In this document: one piece after another, positions 12,576 to 27,200 of the stretch
How the letters are laid out: each line of letters starts with the position of its first letter
How positions within the stretch are numbered: the first letter of the stretch is position 1
Assembly: GCA_964036045.1 (NCBI GenBank)
Contig: OZ038378.1
Coordinates: 136,462,001-136,526,000, forward strand
Direction: 5' to 3'
DNA length: 64,000 bases
Origin: Eutreptiella sp. 'Long Island Sound 2002'
Taxonomy: Eukaryota > Protista > Euglenida
The notes under the pieces: model-generated
Databases searched by the model: none
Told to the model about the DNA's origin: nothing
What the model saw: only the letters and a program-made list of their open reading frames with translations
Program-made: the position numbers and the translations under genes

Positions 12576-12999
12576 TATGAGCACTTTTGCCATGAATTTG
12601 GGCACTACTTTGCACTGCCTACCACTACCCATTTGACCCATGTGCTACCACTTGAAAGCACCGGCACATTGCGTGAGACCAGGAAATGATGTTTTTCTCC
12701 CCCGTATGGTTGTTTTGATGAGGTGCTAGGCTGAGAAGTGGCTTGACCATACCCCAAGGATCCAAGAATTCTTGTCTTTCTAGGGAGTTGATTCCAGCCT
12801 GTAGTTGCGATCGCAGTTCGTCCAGGGACAATATATTGATTTTTTGGCCCCCAGATCAGACGAAATCGTTTCATCGGATTAATTATTTTGGCAGCACTGG
12901 CGACATCGGTCTGAACGGGTCCAAAGGTTAAGAAACAAAATGGTCTGATTTTATATGAAACTGTATCGTGAAGTATCGTGAAGATTTGAACCTAAATTG

Positions 13000-15545
13000 C
13001 TTTCATTTGATATGAAACTGCACCATGAAAAAACCTCAAGGCACGCGCAGATCGATTTCAGAGTTGGTCAAACACGATGGTTCAAAGGCCGACACTTTCA
13101 GCCCTCATATCTGCGAATCCCCCCATTTACCGGTCGAACACCATGGTTAAATGGTAAGAGGACGTTCGAAATGCTGCGAACGGCCTGCTTCCTACAAAAG
13201 GTTCAAAAGGTTATGAAAGCTCGAACAGTTGGCTCTGCGATCCAATTGCGTAAAATGCTCAACGAGTTATCCAAACTCATGCTTTGGTGAAATGAACCTT
13301 CGCGCCTCTTTACACCTGTGTGGAAAGATGTGTGAGTTACAAAGAGTGCAAGGAAAAGGGCTCACAGGGTCGAAAGGTTACGAATGGTTAGAAAAGGTTC
13401 GAAATCCTGCCAATGGCTCGCAAAGAGCCAGAATTGCCCTCCAAGCGCACCGACAGGCACCTTCGTCACTCGCAACTCAACCACCCAACCTTTCGTAATA
13501 TTTGGGTGGAAAAATGTGCGATTGGTGTGAGTTACAAATGGGAAAAAGAGTGAAGGGAAAGGGTCCAAAGGGTTACGATTGCTATGACTTGGTGGCACCA
13601 ATGTCCTCGTGGGTGAGTTACGGGTGAGCTTGCTGGTACGAATCTGCTTACGAATCTGCTGACTTACGAATGAGCACCGTTCGTCCTGCAAAGGGCCACA
13701 AGCGCACCAACAACGCCCTTTGAGAAACTTTGGCACCGTTGGTGTAGTTTGGAACGCTTTGCACACGATTCGTAACACGTTGGGCAACTTTCACACCAGT
13801 CGTAAACACTCGTAAAATTCAGGTCGCATTTCGCGAATGGTGTGGAATGAGGAACAAGTGGAGAGAGTTTCGAATTCTGTGAAGGGAGTGGAAAGGGAAA
13901 GGTCCAAAGGGTTACGAATGCTATGAGAATCTGCTGAGTTACGAGTGAGCTTGCTGGGTACAAAGGTGCTTGTTGGTGCGCTTGTGGCCCTCTGCAGGAC
14001 GGACGACCGCTTTGCACACTTTTTGCACCCACCTTTCGTGCATGGTAACGAATGGTGCGAGAAGTGCCCACCGTGTTACAAACTGCGCGAGCACACCCAG
14101 TTTGCACGCCATTCGTATCACTTTGAACCATTCGTAACGCTTTGCACACTTTTTGCACCCACCATTCGGTTTCTTTGATTCTTTGAGCTTTGGCCTCTTT
14201 GGGTGCAACTGCCGTACGAGCAGTCCGGCACAGCACGAATCCTCCACGATGGGCCGAAAGTTGCATGCCACTTGTACCACTTTAAACACTTTTTACACCA
14301 TTCGTAACGCTTTGCACACCTGTTGCACCCACCATTCGTGGTTATGAATGGTGCGAGAAGTGCCCACCGTGTTACAAACTGCGCAAGCACACACAGTTTG
14401 TACGCCATTCGTACCACTCTGAACACTTTTTACACCGTTCGTAACACTTTGCACACTTTCTGCACCAATCGTGGCACTTTCTTTACCATTCGTAACACCT
14501 TGTACACTCGTACAACCTTAATTCACCACCACCTTCCACACCCTCCTTGTCGCTTTTTTGGTGTTTGGTCACCTCTTTTGAGTGGTGCTTGGCAGTCTAT
14601 TCATTCTCCTTTGGTTTTTTGTGCCCTCCTTTGTCTTTTGTCAAAGGAGTACGAATGGTGCGAGAAGTGCCCACCGTGTTACAAAACGGCGCGAGCACAC
14701 ACAGCTGCACAAATTGCACGCCATTCGTACTACTCTGAACACTTTTTACACCATTCGTACCACTTTGCACGCTTTTTGCACCAGTCGTGGCACTTTATGC
14801 ACCGTTCGTAACACTTTGTACACTCGTACAACCTTCACCACCTTCCACACCCTCCTTGTGGCTTTTTTTGTGATTGGTCACCTCTTTTGAGTGGTGCTTG
14901 GCAGTCTATTCTTTCTTGGTTTTTTGTGCCCTCCTTTGTTTTTTGTCAAAGGGTTACGAATGGTGCGAGAAGTGCCCACCGTGTTACAAAACTGCGCGAG
15001 CACACACAGCTGCACAAATTGCACGCCATTCGTACTACTCTGAACACTTTTTACACCATTCGTACCACTTTGCACGCTTTTTGCACCAGTCGTGGCACTT
15101 TATGCACCGTTCGTAACACTTTGTACACTCGTACAACCTTCACCACCTTCCACACCCTCCTTGTGGCTTTTTTTGTGATTGGTCACCTCTTTTGAGTGGT
15201 GCTTGGCAACCTATTCTTTCTTGGTTTTTTGTGCCCTCCTTTGTTTTTTGTCAAAGGGTTACGAATGGTGCGAGAAGTGCCCACCGTGTTACAAAACTGC
15301 GCGAGCACACACAACTACACAAATTGCACGCCATTCGTACCACTCTGAACACTTTTTACACCATTCGTACCACTTTGCACACTTTTTGCACCAGTCGTGG
15401 CACTTTCTGCACCATTCGTAACACTTTGTACACTCGTACAACCTTCATCACCTTCCACACCCTCCGTGTGGCTTTTTTTGTGTTTGGTCACCTCTTTTGA
15501 GTGGTGCTTGGCAGTCTATTCTTTCTTGGTTTTTTGTGCCCTCCT
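13000..15545. repeat. Repeat region with TACGAATGG/CCATTCGTA motifs; homogeneous about 305-bp tandem units at 14570-15545, diverged relatives upstream
   Basis: CCTCTTTTGAGTGGTGCTTGGC recurs at 14572, 14881, 15186 and 15491. Confidence 0.85.
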
Positions 15546-15989
15546 TCCTTTTTTGTGGCCAAGACCCAAGTTTTTTGTGTGGATTGTTGCTCCCTCCTAA
15601 CCCTTGATGAATCTATGAGAATGTGTAATTCATCCAGTACCCCCAAAATGTATGTCCCTTGTTTGTTGTGGCAATTGATCTCACTGTGACGTGAGTAAAG
15701 TCAACTTTGGTTTTTTTTTGGCCTTTGCCTTCGTTCTGCTTGCTTTTTGGGGGCCTCATATTTTGTTCAGGTGAGGTCATCACACCAGCACACCTGTGGG
15801 GGAAGAAGGTGTGGTGTCGAGGCATCATTTGTACTGTTTGATCGCAATTCTGTGGGGTTGGAGGGGACCGCTTTTTAGCCTCCGTGTGTGTTCACGCATG
15901 GGGGACTTGGGGACTTGCTGGCCATGACAGGTTAGGGTGAGGGTGGTGGTATGTACATTGTCTGCTTTTCAAATTGTGATAAACATGGT

Positions 15990-17760
15990 TTCTTGACCAC
16001 AGTCTTTGTCATGTCTGCTTTGCCGCCTTTTCCACGGCGATGGCAGTGCCCATTGAACGCGTCTGCTGGATGGACGGGCATGATACCCTTGCTGATGGTT
16101 GAGGGTGGCTGAAATTGGCCACCATCCGCGTCCGGTTGTTCGTGTTGGACCAACCGCACTTCTATGCCACTGTTGTGGTCCTGATGCACATGTTGCGTGG
16201 TATGCCACTGGCATTTTCTCAGCATTGTTCAGTGGTGCAGACCCCCCCAGATAGCTCCGGTTCAGACCACGGCGATGGCGGTGCCCATTGAACGCGTCTG
16301 CTGGACCCGTGCCCATGCCCCTTGGCCTGTGTGCCGTCCACGTTCATACATGTCCGCATTAGAATATTGCATGGGCGCTTGGCGACCGCTGCACAACAGC
16401 CAATCCTTTCCATGACCAGCAGTTTGACTTGGTCCACAGCTCTTATGTTGTGTTTGCAGGGACCGCCCCGCTCATCATCTTGTGGGAGCGGTTAGCGTCG
16501 TTTACCCTCCCTGTCCAACCGCGGGTGGTTCTTCCCATTTATCCATGACATGGCTTGTCCGGTACGGGTTGACGTCACAGCCGAGAGTGCTTCTGCCATG
16601 GGTTGACGTCACAGCCGGGGCCTCTGTACAAAAAAATTCATGAGGCACCAAAGGGCATCTGAGCAAACCACCCCCCCCCCCCTTCCAACCCCGCCCCCTA
16701 CCGTTTCCCTCCGTTGCGAGGTGGCGTGCAGCTGTGAGCGAGTTCTAGTGAGTGTTAGGAAGCCGCCCTCTGCTCCTTTTTTTTTTGTATGTAATCCCCC
16801 TGCTATGATTCCACGTGGGACGGTTGAGTTTTTGGCCGATCAGGACATGACGTCTTGCAAAGCCCGGTTCAGATGCAGAGGGCGCTGGTTGTTGCTGGCC
16901 TCCAGGGTGGCATTTGTGGGTGTTATGCACCCGCCCTCTGCTCCGAGCTGAAATCCCCCTCACTATGATTCCATCTGGAATGGTTGATTTTTTGGCGTTC
17001 AGGACCTGAAGATTTGCAAAGATTGTGTGGAGAATGCAGGTTGGGTAGGGGTGTTTCACCAAACTGGTGGGTTTCGGTACAACACGCCTGGTCATTGCTT
17101 GCTGCGCGCCATTCAGCTGTGGCTCTGTGATGGTTTCACTTGGGCGATACCAATACAACTATTGGGCTGATGATTGGGTTCGTGGTTACATGGGGCTCAT
17201 GCATTGGTTTTCTCCTACTGGCCTCTCCATCATACCTGGAATCCTCTGCCTGCACCCTGCCCCACAGAGGTTGGTTGTGAACTTATGTTGTGTTTGCAGG
17301 GACCGCCCCGCTCATCATCTTGTGGGAGTGGTTAGCGTCGTTTACCCTCCAACCGCTGTCCAAGCGCGGGTGGTTCTACCCATTTATCCACGGCATGGCC
17401 CGTCCGGTGTGGGTTGACGTCACAGCCGAGAGTGCTTCTGCCATGGGTTGACGTCACAGCCGGGGCCTCTGTACAAAAAAATTCATGAGGCACCAAAGGG
17501 CATCTGAGCAAACCACCCCCCCCCCTTCCAACTGGTACAACACGCCTGGTCATTGCTTGCTGCGCGCCATTCAGCTGTGGCTCTGTGATGGTTTCACTTG
17601 GGCAATACCAATACAACTATTGGGCTGATGATTGGGTTCGTGGTTACATGGGGCTCATGCATTGGTTTTCTCCTACTGGCCTCTCCATCATACGTGGAAT
17701 CCTCTGCCTGCACCCTGCCCCACAGAGGTTGGTTGTGAACTCTGTCCTCCTCGAGTGTGT
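15990..17760. repeat. Mosaic of short duplicated blocks
   Basis: Block near 16440-16690 recurs at about 17281-17530. Block near 17073-17280 recurs at about 17533-17740. A 36-bp segment near 16036 recurs near 16271. Confidence 0.8.
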
Positions 17761-18272
17761 TGCTCTCGAAATGCCCCGCCACTGACTCCAGACACTATTT
17801 TTCATATGTCAACAGATGCGGTGTCGTACCCTCCTACCCCCTAGTACTTTCCGACCCACTAGTGCCCAGGTCACCTTGCTAGTCATGTCAACAACATGCA
17901 CGTCCAGCCAACCATCAACCACATGTGCTGCGGTTTGACATTGACATTTGACATCAGGCCCCTCTCCACCAGCCCAACATTCCAACAATTGCTGCAATTT
18001 TGTATTTTGCACAAACCTGGATTTTGGTTGCCCCAATGGGTTTCGGTTGCCTTAGTTTATGCAACCTGTATGGTGTAGGGGCTGCACTTTTGTGCATACC
18101 AGGCTTTGCGGGCCAAGTTTTAGCAACCAAGCAGGTGCGCTGTCTTTAGGCAATAGGGAATACACCCCCGCCCCCTGATTGAAACATCTACTTCCACTCT
18201 GTGACACAAGATACCACGGTGTGCCCCAAGGTAACTTGACCCACCCCAGGGTACCCCACCATTCCCCAACCC

Positions 18273-21200
18273 ATCCCGTGTTTAGCCGCTCGTGCGGCAC
18301 ATCCTATGTTTGGCCGCCGTGCGGCGCATCGCGTGTTTCGCCGCTCGTGCGGTACATCCCGTGTGTACCCGCTCCTGTGGCACATCCCGTGTTTAGCCGC
18401 TTGTGCGGTGCATCGCGTGTTTGGCCGCCCATGCGGCACATCCCGTATTTCGCCGCTCGTGCGGCACATCCCGTGTTTAGCCGCTTGTGCGGCACATCCC
18501 GTGTTTCGCCACTCCTGCGGCACATCCCGTGTTTAGCCGCTCGTGCGGCACATCCTATGTTTAGCCGCTTGTGCGGCGCATCGCGCGTTTGGCCGCTCAT
18601 GCGGCACATCCTGTGTTTAGCCGCTTGTGCGGCACATCTTATGTTTGGCCGCTTGTGCGGCACATCCTATGTTTCGCCGGTCGTGCGGCACATCCCGTGT
18701 TTAGCCGCTTGTGTGGCGCATCGCGCGTTTGGCTGCTCATGCGGCACGTCCTGTGTTTCGCCGCTCGTGCGGCACATCCCGTGTTTAGCAGCTTGTGCGG
18801 CGCATCGCGTGTTTCACCGCTTGTGCGGCACATTCTATGTTTGGCCGCTCATGCGGCACATCCCGTGTTTCGCCGCTCGTGCGGCACACCCCCCGTTTCG
18901 CCGCTCATGCGGCACATCCCGTGTTTAGCCGTTTGTGCGGCGCACTGCGCGTGTGGCCGCTCATATGGCACATCCCGTGTTTAGCCGCTGGTGCGGCACA
19001 TCCCGTGTTTAGCCGCTTGTGCGGCGCATCGCGCGTTTGGCCGCTCATGCGGCACATCCCGTGTTTCGCCGCTCGTGCGGCATTACCCGTGTTTAGCCTT
19101 GTGCGGCGCATCGCGTGTTTCGCCGCTCGTGCGGCACATCCCGTGTTTACCCGCCGGTGCGGCACATCCTATGTTTGGCCGCTTGTGCGGCGCATCACGT
19201 GTTTCGCCTCTCGTGCGGCACATTGCGGGTTTAGCCGCTTGTGCGGCACATCGCGCGTTTAGCCGCTTGTGCGGCACATTCCGTGTTTAGCCGCTCATGC
19301 GGCTTATCCCGTGTTTCGCTGCTCGTGTGGCACATCTTGTGATTAGCCGCTCGTGCGGCACATCTTGTGATTAGCCGCTTGTGCGGCACATCTTGTGTCT
19401 CGCCGCTCGTGCGGCACATCCCGTGTTTGGCCGCTGGTGCGGCACATCCCGTGTTTAGCCGCTCGTACGGCACATCCTGCTTTAACCGCTTGTGCGGCGC
19501 ATCGCGTGTTTGCCCGCTCATGCGGCTCATCCCGTGTTTCGCCGCTCGTGCGGCACATCCCGTGTTTAGCCGCTGGTGCGGCACATCCCGTGTTTCGCCG
19601 CTTGTGCGGCGCATCGCGCGTTTGGCCGCTCATGCGACACATCCCGTGTTTAGCCGTTGTGCGGCGCATCGCGTGTTTAGCCGCTCGTGCGGCACTTCCC
19701 GTGTTTAGCCGCTGGTGCGGCACATCCTATGTTTGGCCGCTTCTGCGGCACATCCCGTATTTAGCCGCTCGTGCGGGACATCCTGTATTTAGCCGCTCGT
19801 GCGGCGCACCGCGCGTTTGGCCGCCCATGCGGCACATCCCGTGCTTCGCCGCTTGTGCGGCACAACCCGTGTTTTGCCGCTCCTGCGGCTCATCCCGTGT
19901 TTCGCCGCTTGTGCGGCGCATTGTGCGTTTGGCCGCTCCTGCGGCACATACCGTGCTTCGCCGCTCGTGCGGCACATCCCGTGTTTGGCCGTTGGTGCGG
20001 CACATCCTATGTTTCCCCGCTCGTGCGGCACATCCCGTGTTTAGCCGCTTGTGCAACGCATGCGCGTTTGGCCGCTCATGCGGCAAATCCCGTGTTTTGC
20101 CGCTCTTTTGCGGCACATCCCGTGTTTAGCCGCTGGTGCGGCACATCCTATGTTTGGCCGCTAGTGCGGCGCATCCTGCGTTTGGCCGCTGGTGCGGCAC
20201 ATCCTATGTTTGGCCGCTACTGCGGCGCATCCCGTATTTAGCCGCTCGTGCGGCACATCCCGTGTTTAGCCGCTTGTGCGGCGCATCGCGCGTTTGGCCG
20301 CCCATGCGGCATATCCCGTGTTTAGCCGCTCGTGCTGCACATCCAGTGTTTAGCCGCTTGTGCGGCGCATCGCGTGTTTCGCCGCTTGTGCAGCACATCC
20401 CGTGTTTAGCCGCTTGTGCGGCACAGCCCGTGTTTTGCCGCTCGTGCGGCATATCCCGTGTTTAGCCGCTCGTGCGGCACATCCCGTGTTTAGCCGCTAG
20501 CGGCACATCCCGTGTTTAGCCGCTTGTGCGGCACAGCCCGTGTTTTACCGCTCGTGCGGCACATCCCGTGTTTCGCCGCTAGTGCGGCACATCCTGTGTT
20601 TAGCCGCTTGTGCTGCGCATCGCGTGTTTCGCCGCTTGTGCGGCACATCCCGTGTTTAGCCGCTGGTGCGGCACATCCTATGTTTGGCTATTGTGTCACA
20701 TCCCGTATTTAGCCGCCCGTGCGGCACATCCTGTGTTTAGCCGCTTGTGCGGAGCATCGCGCGTTTGGCCACTCATGCGGCACATCCCGTGTTTCGCCGC
20801 TCGTGCGGTACATCCCCCGTTCGCCGCTCCTGCGGCACATCCCGTGTTTAGCCGCTTGTGCAGCGCATTGCGCGTTTGGCCTGCTCATGCGGCACATCCC
20901 GTGTTTCGCCGCTCGTGCGGCACATCCCGTGTTTAGCCGCTGGTGCGGCACATCCTATGTTTGGCCGCTAGTGCAGCGCATCCCGTGTTTCGCCGCTCGT
21001 GCGGCACATCCCGTGTTTAGCCGCTTGTGCGGCACATCCCGTATTTAGCCGCTTGTGCGGCACATCCCGTATTTAGCCGCTGGTGCGGCACATCCCGTGT
21101 TTCGCCGCTTGTGCGGCGCATCGCGCGTTTGGCCGCTCATGCGACACATCCCGTGTTTAGCAGTTGTGCCGCACATCGCATGTTTCGCCGCTTGTGCCGC

Positions 21201-24200
21201 GCATCCCGTGTTTAGCCGCTCGTGCGGCACATCCCGTGTTTAGCCGCTACTGCGGCACATCCTATGTTTGGCCGCTACTGCGGCACATCCCGTATTTAGC
21301 CGTCCGTGCGCCACATCCCGTGTTTGGCCGCTTGTGCGGCGCATCGCGTGTTTGGCGGCCCATGCGGCATATCCCGTGTTTAGCCACTCGTGCGGCACAT
21401 CCAGTGTTCAGCCGCTTGTGCGGCGCTTTGCGTGTTTCGCCGCTCGTGCGGCACATCCCGTTTTTAGCCGCTTGTGCTGCACAGCCCGTGTTTTGCCGCT
21501 CGTGCGGCACATCCCGTGTTTAGCCGCTTGTGCGGCCCATTGGCGTTTGGCCTCCCATACGGCATATTCCGTAGTTCGCCGCTCGTGCGGCACATCCCGT
21601 GTTTTGCCCCTCGTGCGGCACATCCCATGTTTAGCCGCTTGTGTGGCGCATCGCGTGTTTGGCCTCCCATACGGCATATCCCGTAGTTCGCCGCTCGTGC
21701 GGCCCATCCCGTGTTTAGCCGCTTGTGCGGCGCATCGTGCGTTTGGCCGCTTGTGCGGCACGTCCCGTGTTTAGCCGCTTGTGCGGCCCATCGCGTGTTT
21801 CGCCGCTCGTGCGGCACATCCCGTGTTTAGCCGCTCATGCGGCACATGGCGCATGTGGCCGCTCATGCGCCACATCTTGTGTTTCGCCGCTCGTGCGGCA
21901 CAACCAGTGTTTAGCCGCTTGTGCGGTGCATGGTGTGTTTCGCTGCTGGTGCGGCACATCCCGGCTTTAGCCGCTAGTGCGGCACATCCTGTGTTTGGCC
22001 GCTATTGCGGCGCATCCCGTGTTTCGCCGCTTGTGCGGCACATCCCGTGTTTAGCCGCTTGTGCGGCACAGGCCGTATTTAGCCGCTGGTGCGGCACATC
22101 CCGTGTTTAGCCGCTTGTGCGGCACAGGCCGTAGTTAGCCGCTGGTGCGGCACATCCCGTGTTTCGCCGCTCGTGCGGCACATCCAGTGTTTAGCCGCTC
22201 GTGCGGCACATCCCGTGTTTAGCCGCTGGTGCGGCACATCCTATGTTTGGCCGCTCGTGCGGCACATCCCGTATTTAGCCGTCCGTGCGGCACATCCCGT
22301 GTTTAGCCGCTTGTGCGGCGCATCGCGCGTTTGGCCGCCCATGCGGCATATCCCGTGTTTAGCCGCTCGTGCGGCACATCTTATGTTTAGCCGCTTGTGC
22401 GGCGCTTCGCGCGTTTCGCCGCTCGTGCGGCACATCCCGTGTTTAGCCGCTTCTGCGGCATAGCCCGTGTTTTGCCGCTCGTGCGGCACATCCCGTGTTT
22501 AGCCGCTTGTGCGGCCCATCGCGTGTTTTGCCGCTCATGCGGCACATCCCGTGTTTAGCCGCTTGTGTGGCGCATCGCGCGTTTGGTCTCCCATACGGCA
22601 TATCCCGTAGTTCGCCGCTCGTGCGGCCCATCCCGTGTTTAGCCGCTTGTGCGGCGCATCGCGCGTTTGGCCGCTTGTGCGGCACATCCCGTGTTTAGCC
22701 GCTTGTGCGGCCCATCGCGTGTTTCGCCGCTGGTGCGGCACATCCCGTGTTTAGCCGCTCATGCGGCACATCGCGCGTTTGGCCGCTCATGCGGCACATC
22801 TTGTGTCTCGCCGCTCGTGCGGCACATCCACTTTTTAGCCGCTTGTGCGGTGCATGGTGTGTTTCGCCGCTCGTGCGGCACATCCCGGCTTTAGCCGCTA
22901 GTGCGGCACATCCCGTGTTTCGCCGCTGGTGCGGCACATCCCGTGTTTAGCCGCTTGTGCGGCACATCCCGTATTTAGCCGCGGGTGCGGCACATCCCGT
23001 GTTTCGCCGCTTGTGCGGCGCATCTCGCGTTTGGCCGCTCATGCGACACATCCCGTGTTTAGGCGCTTGTGCGGCGCATCGCGTGTTTAGCCGCTCGTGC
23101 GGCACATCCCGTGTTTAGCCGTTGGTGCGGCACATCCTATGTTTGGCCGCTACTGCGGCGCATCCCGTATTTAGCCGCTCGTGCAGCACATCCCGTGTTT
23201 AGCCGCTTGTGCGGCGCATCGCGCGTTTGGCCGCCCATGTCGCATATCCTGTGTTTAGCCGCTTGTGCGGCACAACCCGTGTTTAGCCGCTTGTGCGGCG
23301 CATCGCGTGTTTCGCCGCTCATGCGGCACATCCCGTGTTTAGCCGCTTGTGCGGCAAAGCCCGTGTTTTGCCGCTCGTGCGGCGCATCGCGCGTTTGGCC
23401 GCCCATGCGGCATATCCCGTGTTTAGCCGCTCGTGCAGCACATCCCGTGTATAGCCGCTTGTACGGCGCATCGCGTGTTTCGCCGCTCGTGCGGCACATC
23501 CCGTGTTTAGCCGCTTGTGTGGCGCATCGCGCGTGTGGGCTCCCATACAACATATCCCGTAGTTCGCCGCTCGTGCGGCACATCCCGTGTTTAGCCGCTT
23601 GTGCGGCGCATCGCGTGTTTGGCCGCTTGTGCGGCGCATCGCGTGTTTAGCCGCTTGTGCGGCGCATCGCGTGATTCGCCGCTCGTGCGGCACATCTAGT
23701 GTTTAGCCGCTTGTGCGGCACATCCCGTGTTTCGCCGCTCGTGCGGCACATCCCGTGTTTAGCCGCTGGTGCGGCACATCCTATGTTTGGCCGCTAGTGC
23801 GGCACATCCCGTGATTCGCCGCTTATGCGGCACGTCCCGTGTTTAGCCGCTGGTGCGGCACATCCTATGTTTGGCCGCTCGTGCGGCACATCCCGTGTTT
23901 AGCCGCTTGTGCGGCACATCCCGTATTTAGCCGCTGGTGCGGCACATCCCGTGTTTAGCCGCTTGTGCGGCACATCCCGTGTTTCGCCGCTTGTGCGGCG
24001 CATCGCGCGTTTGGCCGCTCATGCGACACATCCCTTGTTTAGCCGCTTGTGCGGCACATCGCGTGTTTAGCCGCTCGTGCGGCACATCCCGTGTTTAGCC
24101 GCTTGTGCGGCGCATCGCGTGTTTCGCCGCTCATGCGGCACATCCCGTGTTTAGCCGCTTGTGCGGCAAAGCCCGTGTTTTGCCGCTCGTGCGGCGCATC

Positions 24201-27200
24201 GCGCGTTTGGCCGCCCATGCGGCATATCCCGTGTTTAGCCGCTCGTGCAGCACATCCCGTGTATAGCCGCTTGTACGGCGCATCGCGTGTTTCGCCGCTC
24301 GTGCGGCACATCCCGTGTTTAGCCGCTTGTGTGGCGCATCGCGCGTGTGGGCTCCCATACAACATATCCCGTAGTTCGCCGCTCGTGCGGCACATCCCGT
24401 GTTTAGCCGCTTGTGCGGCGCATCGCGTGTTTGGCCGCTTGTGCGGCGCATCGCGTGTTTAGCCGCTTGTGCGGCGCATCGCGTGATTCGCCGCTCGTGC
24501 GGCACATCCAGTGTTTAGCCGCTTGTGCGGCACATCCCGTGTTTCGCCGCTCGTGCGGCACATCCCGTGTTTAGCCGCTTGTGCGGCACATCCCGTGTTT
24601 CGCCGCTCGTGCGGCACATCCCGTGTTTAGCCGCTGGTGCGGCACATCCTATGTTTGGCCGCTAGTGCGGCACATCCCGTGATTCGCCGCTTATGCGGCA
24701 CGTCCCGTGTTTAGCCGCTGGTGCGGCACATCCTATGTTTGGCCGCTCGTGCGGCACATCCCGTGTTTAGCCGCTTGTGCGGCACATCCCGTATTTAGCC
24801 GCTGGCGCGGCACATCCCGTGTTTAGCCGCTTGTGCGGCGCATCGCGTGTTTCGCCGCTCATGCGGCACATCCCGTGTTTAGCCGCTCGTGCGGCACATC
24901 CCGTGTTTAGCCGCTCGTGCGGCGCATCGCGCGTTTGGCCGCCCATGCGGCATATCCCGTGTTTAGCCGCTCGTGCAGCACATCCCGTGTATAGCCGCTT
25001 GTACGGCGCATCGCGTGTTTCGCCGCTCGTGCGGCACATCCCGTGTTTAGCCGCTTGTGTGGCGCATCGCGCGTGTGGGCTCCCATACAACATATCCCGT
25101 AGTTCGCCGCTCGTGCGGCACATCCCGTGTTTAGCCGCTTGTGCGGCGCATCGCGTGTTTGGCCGCTTGTGCGGCGCATCGCGTGTTTAGCCGCTTGTGC
25201 GGCGCATCGCGTGATTCGCCGCTCGTGCGGCACATCCAGTGTTTAGCCGCTTGTGCGGCACATCCCGTGTTTCGCCGCTCGTGCGGCACATCCCGTGTTT
25301 AGCCGCTGGTGCGGCACATCCTATGTTTGGCCGCTAGTGCGGCACATCCCGTGATTCGCCGCTCATGCGGCACGTCCCGTGTTTAGCCGCTGGTGCGGCA
25401 CATCCTATGTTTGGCCGCTCGTGCGGCACATCCCGTGTTTAGCCGCTTGTGCGGCACATCCCGTATTTAGCCGCTGGCGCGGCACATCCCGTGTTTCGCC
25501 GCTTGTGCGGCGCATCGCGCGTTTGGCCGCTCATGCGACACATCCCTTGTTTAGCCGCTTGTGCGGCACATCGCGTGTTTAGCCGCTCGTGCGGCACATC
25601 CCGTGTTTAGCCGCTGGTGCGGCCCCTCTTATGTTTGGCCGCTACTGCGGCACATCCCGTATTTAGCCGCTCATGGGGCACATCCCGTGTTTAGCCGCTT
25701 GTGTGGCACATCCCGTGTTTTGCCGCTCGTGCGGCACATCCCGTGTTTAGCCGCTTGTGCGGCCCATCGCGTGTTTTGCCGTTTGTGCAGCGCATCGCGC
25801 GTTTGGCCTCCCATACGGCATATCCCGTAGTTCGCCGCTCGTGCGGCCCATCCCGTGTTTAGCCGCTTGTGCGGCACATCGCGCGTTTGGCCGCTCGTGC
25901 GGCATATCCCGTGTTTAGCCGCTTGTGCATCCCATCGCGTGTTTCGCCGCTCGTGCGGCACATCCCGTGTTTAGCCGCTCATGCAGCACATCGCGCGTTT
26001 GGCCGCTCATGCGGCACATGTTGTGTTTCGCCGCTTGTGCGGCACATCTCGGCTTTAGCCGCCGGTGCGGCACATCCTATGTTTGGCTGCTTCTACGGCA
26101 TAATCCGTGTTTCCCCGCTCATGCGGTACATCCTGTGTTTAGCCGCTTGTGCGGCGCATCGCGCGTTTGGCCGCTCATGCGGCACATCCCGTGTTTCGCC
26201 GCTCGTGCGGCACATCCCGTGTTTAGCCGCTTGTGCGGCACATCGCGTGTTTTGCCGCTCGTGCAGCGCATCCCGCGTTTGGCCGCTCGTGCGGCACATC
26301 CCGTGTTTTGCCGCTCGTGCGGCGCATCCCGCGTTTGGCCGCTCGTGCGGCACATCCCGTGTTTTGCCGCTTGTGCGGCGCATCCCGTGATTAGCCGCTT
26401 GTGCGGCCCAACGCGTGTTTGACCGCTCGTGCGGTACATCCCGTGTTTATCCGCTCATGCGGCACATGGCGCGTTTGGCCGCTCATGCGGCACATCTTGT
26501 GTTGCGCCGCTTGTGCGGCACATCCCGTGTTTAGCCGCTTGTGCGGCGCATCGCGCGTTTGGCCGCTCATGTGGCACATGCCGTGTTTCGCCGCTCGTGC
26601 AGCACATCCCGTGTTTAGCCGCTTGTGCGGCGCATCCCGTGTTTTGCCGCTTGTGCGGCGCATCCCGTGTTTAGCCGCTTGTGCGGCCCATCGCGGGTTT
26701 CACCGCTCGTGCGGCACATCCCGTGTTTAGCCACTCATGCGGCACATCGCGCGTTTGGCCGCTCATGCGGCACATCTTGTGTTTCGCCGCTTGTGCGGCA
26801 CGTCCCGGCTTTTGCCGCCGGTGCGGCACATCCTATGTTTGGTTGCTGGTGCGGCTCAATTCGTGTTTCCCCGCTCGTGCGGCATTTCCCGTGTTTCGCC
26901 GCTTGTGCGGCAGATCCCGTGTTAGTCGCTTGTGCGGCGCATCGCGCGTTTTGCCGCTCGTGCGGCACATGCCGTGTTTGGCCGCTCGTGCGGCACATCC
27001 CGTGATTAGCTGCTTGTGCCGCACATCTTGTGTTTCGCCGCTTGTGCGGCCCATCGCGTGTTTCGCCGCTCGTGCGGCACTTCCCGTGTTTAGCCGCTTG
27101 TGCGGCCCATTGCGGGTTTGGCCTCCCATACGCCATATCCCGTAGTTCGCCGCTCGTGCGGCACATCCCGTGTTTAGCCGCTTGTGCAGTGCATCCTGCC

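Noticed and set aside
12605-12874. LDELRSQLQAGINSL as a Tc1/mariner C-terminus completing the pogo remnant
   Set aside because: It is on the opposite strand to the pogo fragment, and the similarity is too weak.
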